Source: Microcoleus sp.
Lineage (GTDB): Bacteria > Cyanobacteriota > Cyanobacteriia > Cyanobacteriales > Microcoleaceae
DNA length: 64,000 nt
Assembly: GCA_052279835.1 (NCBI GenBank)
Contig: CP181291.1
Span: 5,472,001 to 5,536,000, forward strand
Reading direction: 5' to 3'
Positions 61,920 through 64,000 of this stretch are shown in pieces; within the stretch, counting starts at the first letter, position 1, and every line of letters starts with the position of its first letter. The notes below the pieces were generated by a model. That model did not search any database and was not told where the DNA came from. It saw only the letters and a list, made by a program, of their open reading frames with translations. A program made the translations under genes and the position numbers.

Positions 61920-63161
61920 ATGAAATTTGCCCATCGTTTACAACCTCTACAATTCAATGTATTTGCCGATATGGATCGGGCGAAATCTCTAGCGAGAATC
62001 GCCGATAAAAATGTGATTGATTTGTCTCTAGGCTCTTCCGATTTGCCGACTGCTGCTCACATTACAGAGGCGATCGCACTTTCTCTGTCTGACTCCAGCA
62101 CCCACGGCTATTTGCTGTTTAACGGGACGAAATCTTTTCGGGAAGCTGCGGCGACTTGGTATCAACAAAAATTCGGGATTTCCGTCAATCCAGAAACAGA
62201 AGTGCTGCCTTTAATTGGTTCCCAAGAAGGCACGGCCCATTTGCCTTTAGCTATACTCAACCCCGGAGATTTTGCTTTGTTGCTCGATCCGGGTTATCCC
62301 TCCCACGCGGGGGGTGTTTATTTGGCTGGCGGGCAAATTTATCCGATGCCGTTGTTAGCAGAAAATCAGTTTTTGCCAGTATTTGATGATATTCCCAAAC
62401 CAGTTTTAGCTCAGTCGAAGATGATGGTTTTGAGTTATCCTCATAATCCCACAACTGCGATCGCACCTTTAGCCTTTTTTGAGAAAGCCGTCGCTTTTTG
62501 TCGGGAAAACGGGCTGGTTTTGGTGCACGATTTCCCCTATGTCGATTTGGTTTTTGACGATCGCAATTCTAGCATAGAGGCAGAGCCAAAGCAGCGGGCT
62601 TACCAGGATATTCCTGGTAACGAGGAGCATCGAAAAGTGATGGCACCGTCTATTTTTCAGGCAGATCCAGATAAAAGCGTGTCGATCGAGTTTTTTACAC
62701 TCTCGAAGTCGTACAATATGGGTGGTTTTCGAGTCGGATACGCGATCGGCAATCCCCAAATCATTGAAGCACTGCGACAGGTAAAAGCCACCGTAGATTT
62801 CAATCAATACCAAGGAATTTTGAATGGAGCGATCGCCGCATTAACTGGCCCCCAGGACACCGTTAAAACCAGTGTAGAAACCTTCCGACAACGGCGGGAT
62901 ACCTTCGTCACTGCTTTACAAGACATTGGCTGGGAAGTGCCATTACCCCCCGCCACCATGTACGTTTGGGCGAAACTCCCAGAACCTTGGGCTTTAGATT
63001 CCGTGAAATTTTGCACTGAGTTAGTACAAAGCACAGGAGTTGCAGCTTCCCCCGGTGCCGGCTTTGGCAAATCTGGAGAAGGCTATGTGCGATTTGCCTT
63101 AGTTGAATCACCGGAAATTTTGGCCGAAGCTGTCAGAAGAATTGCTGAATTCCCAAGTTGA
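61920..63161 (+). CDS. Class I PLP aminotransferase (LL-diaminopimelate aminotransferase-like)
   Basis: GSQEG, YPHNPT, HDFPY, SKSYNMGGFRVG. Confidence 0.88.
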   Translation: MKFAHRLQPLQFNVFADMDRAKSLARIADKNVIDLSLGSSDLPTAAHITEAIALSLSDSSTHGYLLFNGTKSFREAAATWYQQKFGISVNPETEVLPLIGSQEGTAHLPLAILNPGDFALLLDPGYPSHAGGVYLAGGQIYPMPLLAENQFLPVFDDIPKPVLAQSKMMVLSYPHNPTTAIAPLAFFEKAVAFCRENGLVLVHDFPYVDLVFDDRNSSIEAEPKQRAYQDIPGNEEHRKVMAPSIFQADPDKSVSIEFFTLSKSYNMGGFRVGYAIGNPQIIEALRQVKATVDFNQYQGILNGAIAALTGPQDTVKTSVETFRQRRDTFVTALQDIGWEVPLPPATMYVWAKLPEPWALDSVKFCTELVQSTGVAASPGAGFGKSGEGYVRFALVESPEILAEAVRRIAEFPS

Positions 63162-63222
63162 GATACTGCGAGGATTGAATAGGCTCTATCTTCTCTGTAC
63201 CAAGTTTTTGTCCCTAGAGTGC

Positions 63223-63477
63223 CTATTCATTTCGTGCTGATTCCTGGTATTTTTCCAGGATACCACTCGACAGCATGAGTCTGGGCCAAACTAACAAGAA
63301 AAAACCCATCCACGCTAATAATGGTATCGCCACTATAACTGTAATCCAAACAGTTTTCAATAAAAACCAACTGCCACTAATCAGACTAATTCCTGTTAAA
63401 AGAATCGACCAAGGCTGACACCACCAAGGTTTGAAATCCCAAGCACTAAATTTTTTTGGTTCGGAAACATTTTTCAT
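63223..63477 (-). CDS. Small conserved membrane protein (DUF6737-like)
   Basis: W..KPWWCQPWSILLTG motif, two TM segments. Confidence 0.75.
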   Translation of the reverse strand: MKNVSEPKKFSAWDFKPWWCQPWSILLTGISLISGSWFLLKTVWITVIVAIPLLAWMGFFLLVWPRLMLSSGILEKYQESARNE

Positions 63478-63480
63478 ATT

Positions 63481-63660
63481 AGTTATTGGTTATTGGTTAT
63501 TGGTTATTGGTTATTGGTTATTGGTTATTGGTTATTGGTTATTGGTTATTGGTTATTGGTTATTGGTTATTGGTTATTGGTTATTGGTTATTGGTGTTAA
63601 TTCCAATTCCCCATTCCCAATTCCCCATTCCCAATTCCCCATTCCCAATTCCCCATTCCC
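63481..63660. repeat. STRR arrays (TTGGTTA)n and (ATTCCCC/ATTCCCA)n
   Basis: Read directly. Confidence 0.92.
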
Positions 63661-63906
63661 CAGTCAGTAGCAGTGCCCTTCGACTCTACTGGCCAAACTG
63701 CGGAGTCTAAGGGTGGAGGGGCTGGATTTACTTTTTTTGAGCGCCGATGAACTCGGATGAGGGCTTTTTTGATATTTGACACTCATATTTCCCACTAATG
63801 GTAAAATGCGATCGCCATAGCAATTTCAGTTCCATAGGTTGCTAACTTGCTAGGCTAGAAAGTAGCAAACCAAAAAATCCAGCCATTCCAAGGTCAATCG
63901 CGAACC

Positions 63907-64000
63907 ATGAGACTAGACGAAGCCGTAGAATTTGCCGAAAACCCTGAGCCGCGTTGTCCCTGCGTCCTCCTGTTGGACACCTCCGGTTCAATGCAAGGTG
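63907..64000 (+). CDS. vWA-domain protein (TerY/YegL-like), 3' truncated by window edge
   Basis: [31 protein letters not shown] (MIDAS DxSxS). Confidence 0.85.
   Translation, partial: MRLDEAVEFAENPEPRCPCVLLLDTSGSMQG

Noticed and set aside
63597..63786. Short minus-strand ORFs upstream of the DUF6737-like gene
   Set aside because: They run through a ttcgact-type palindrome, one continuing into the STRR array; no recognisable protein.
1..64000. Very frequent GCGATCGC palindromes
   Set aside because: Known HIP1 octamer of cyanobacteria; used only as a taxonomic clue.

Overview
Chromosomal window from a filamentous cyanobacterium, inferred to be Oscillatoriales (Microcoleus/Kamptonema/Tychonema-like) from very frequent HIP1 octamers (GCGATCGC), heptamer STRR arrays, psaK, pcxA and the guaB3-Yfr1-trxA arrangement. 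It carries housekeeping genes (rodA, guaB3, trxA, hisC, pheS, surE, carB, trpF, psaK), two tandem RTX-type Ca-binding surface proteins (one split by a 1-bp frameshift), a giant Ser/Thr-kinase/AAA/GAF/PAS/His-kinase/REC hybrid, a ParDE-type toxin-antitoxin pair and many MITE/REP-like repeats. The most interesting part is the accessory locus at about 13.6-23.2 kb. An ECF sigma factor and an overlapping TPR gene are followed by three copies of a ~75-bp promoter/operator module (inverted repeat plus ATTCAGA-N16-CGTC). Each copy sits 72-78 bp upstream of an RBS-equipped ATG. The first copy precedes an unannotated 8-residue ORF (MRFGYGRF) with its own RBS and terminator; the others precede an 88-aa and a 217-aa orphan. 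Further downstream are a putative His-Cys protease-like protein, an ABC exporter and a SAM methyltransferase. This looks like a self-contained ECF/TPR regulon involving a micropeptide; its function is inference, not shown.
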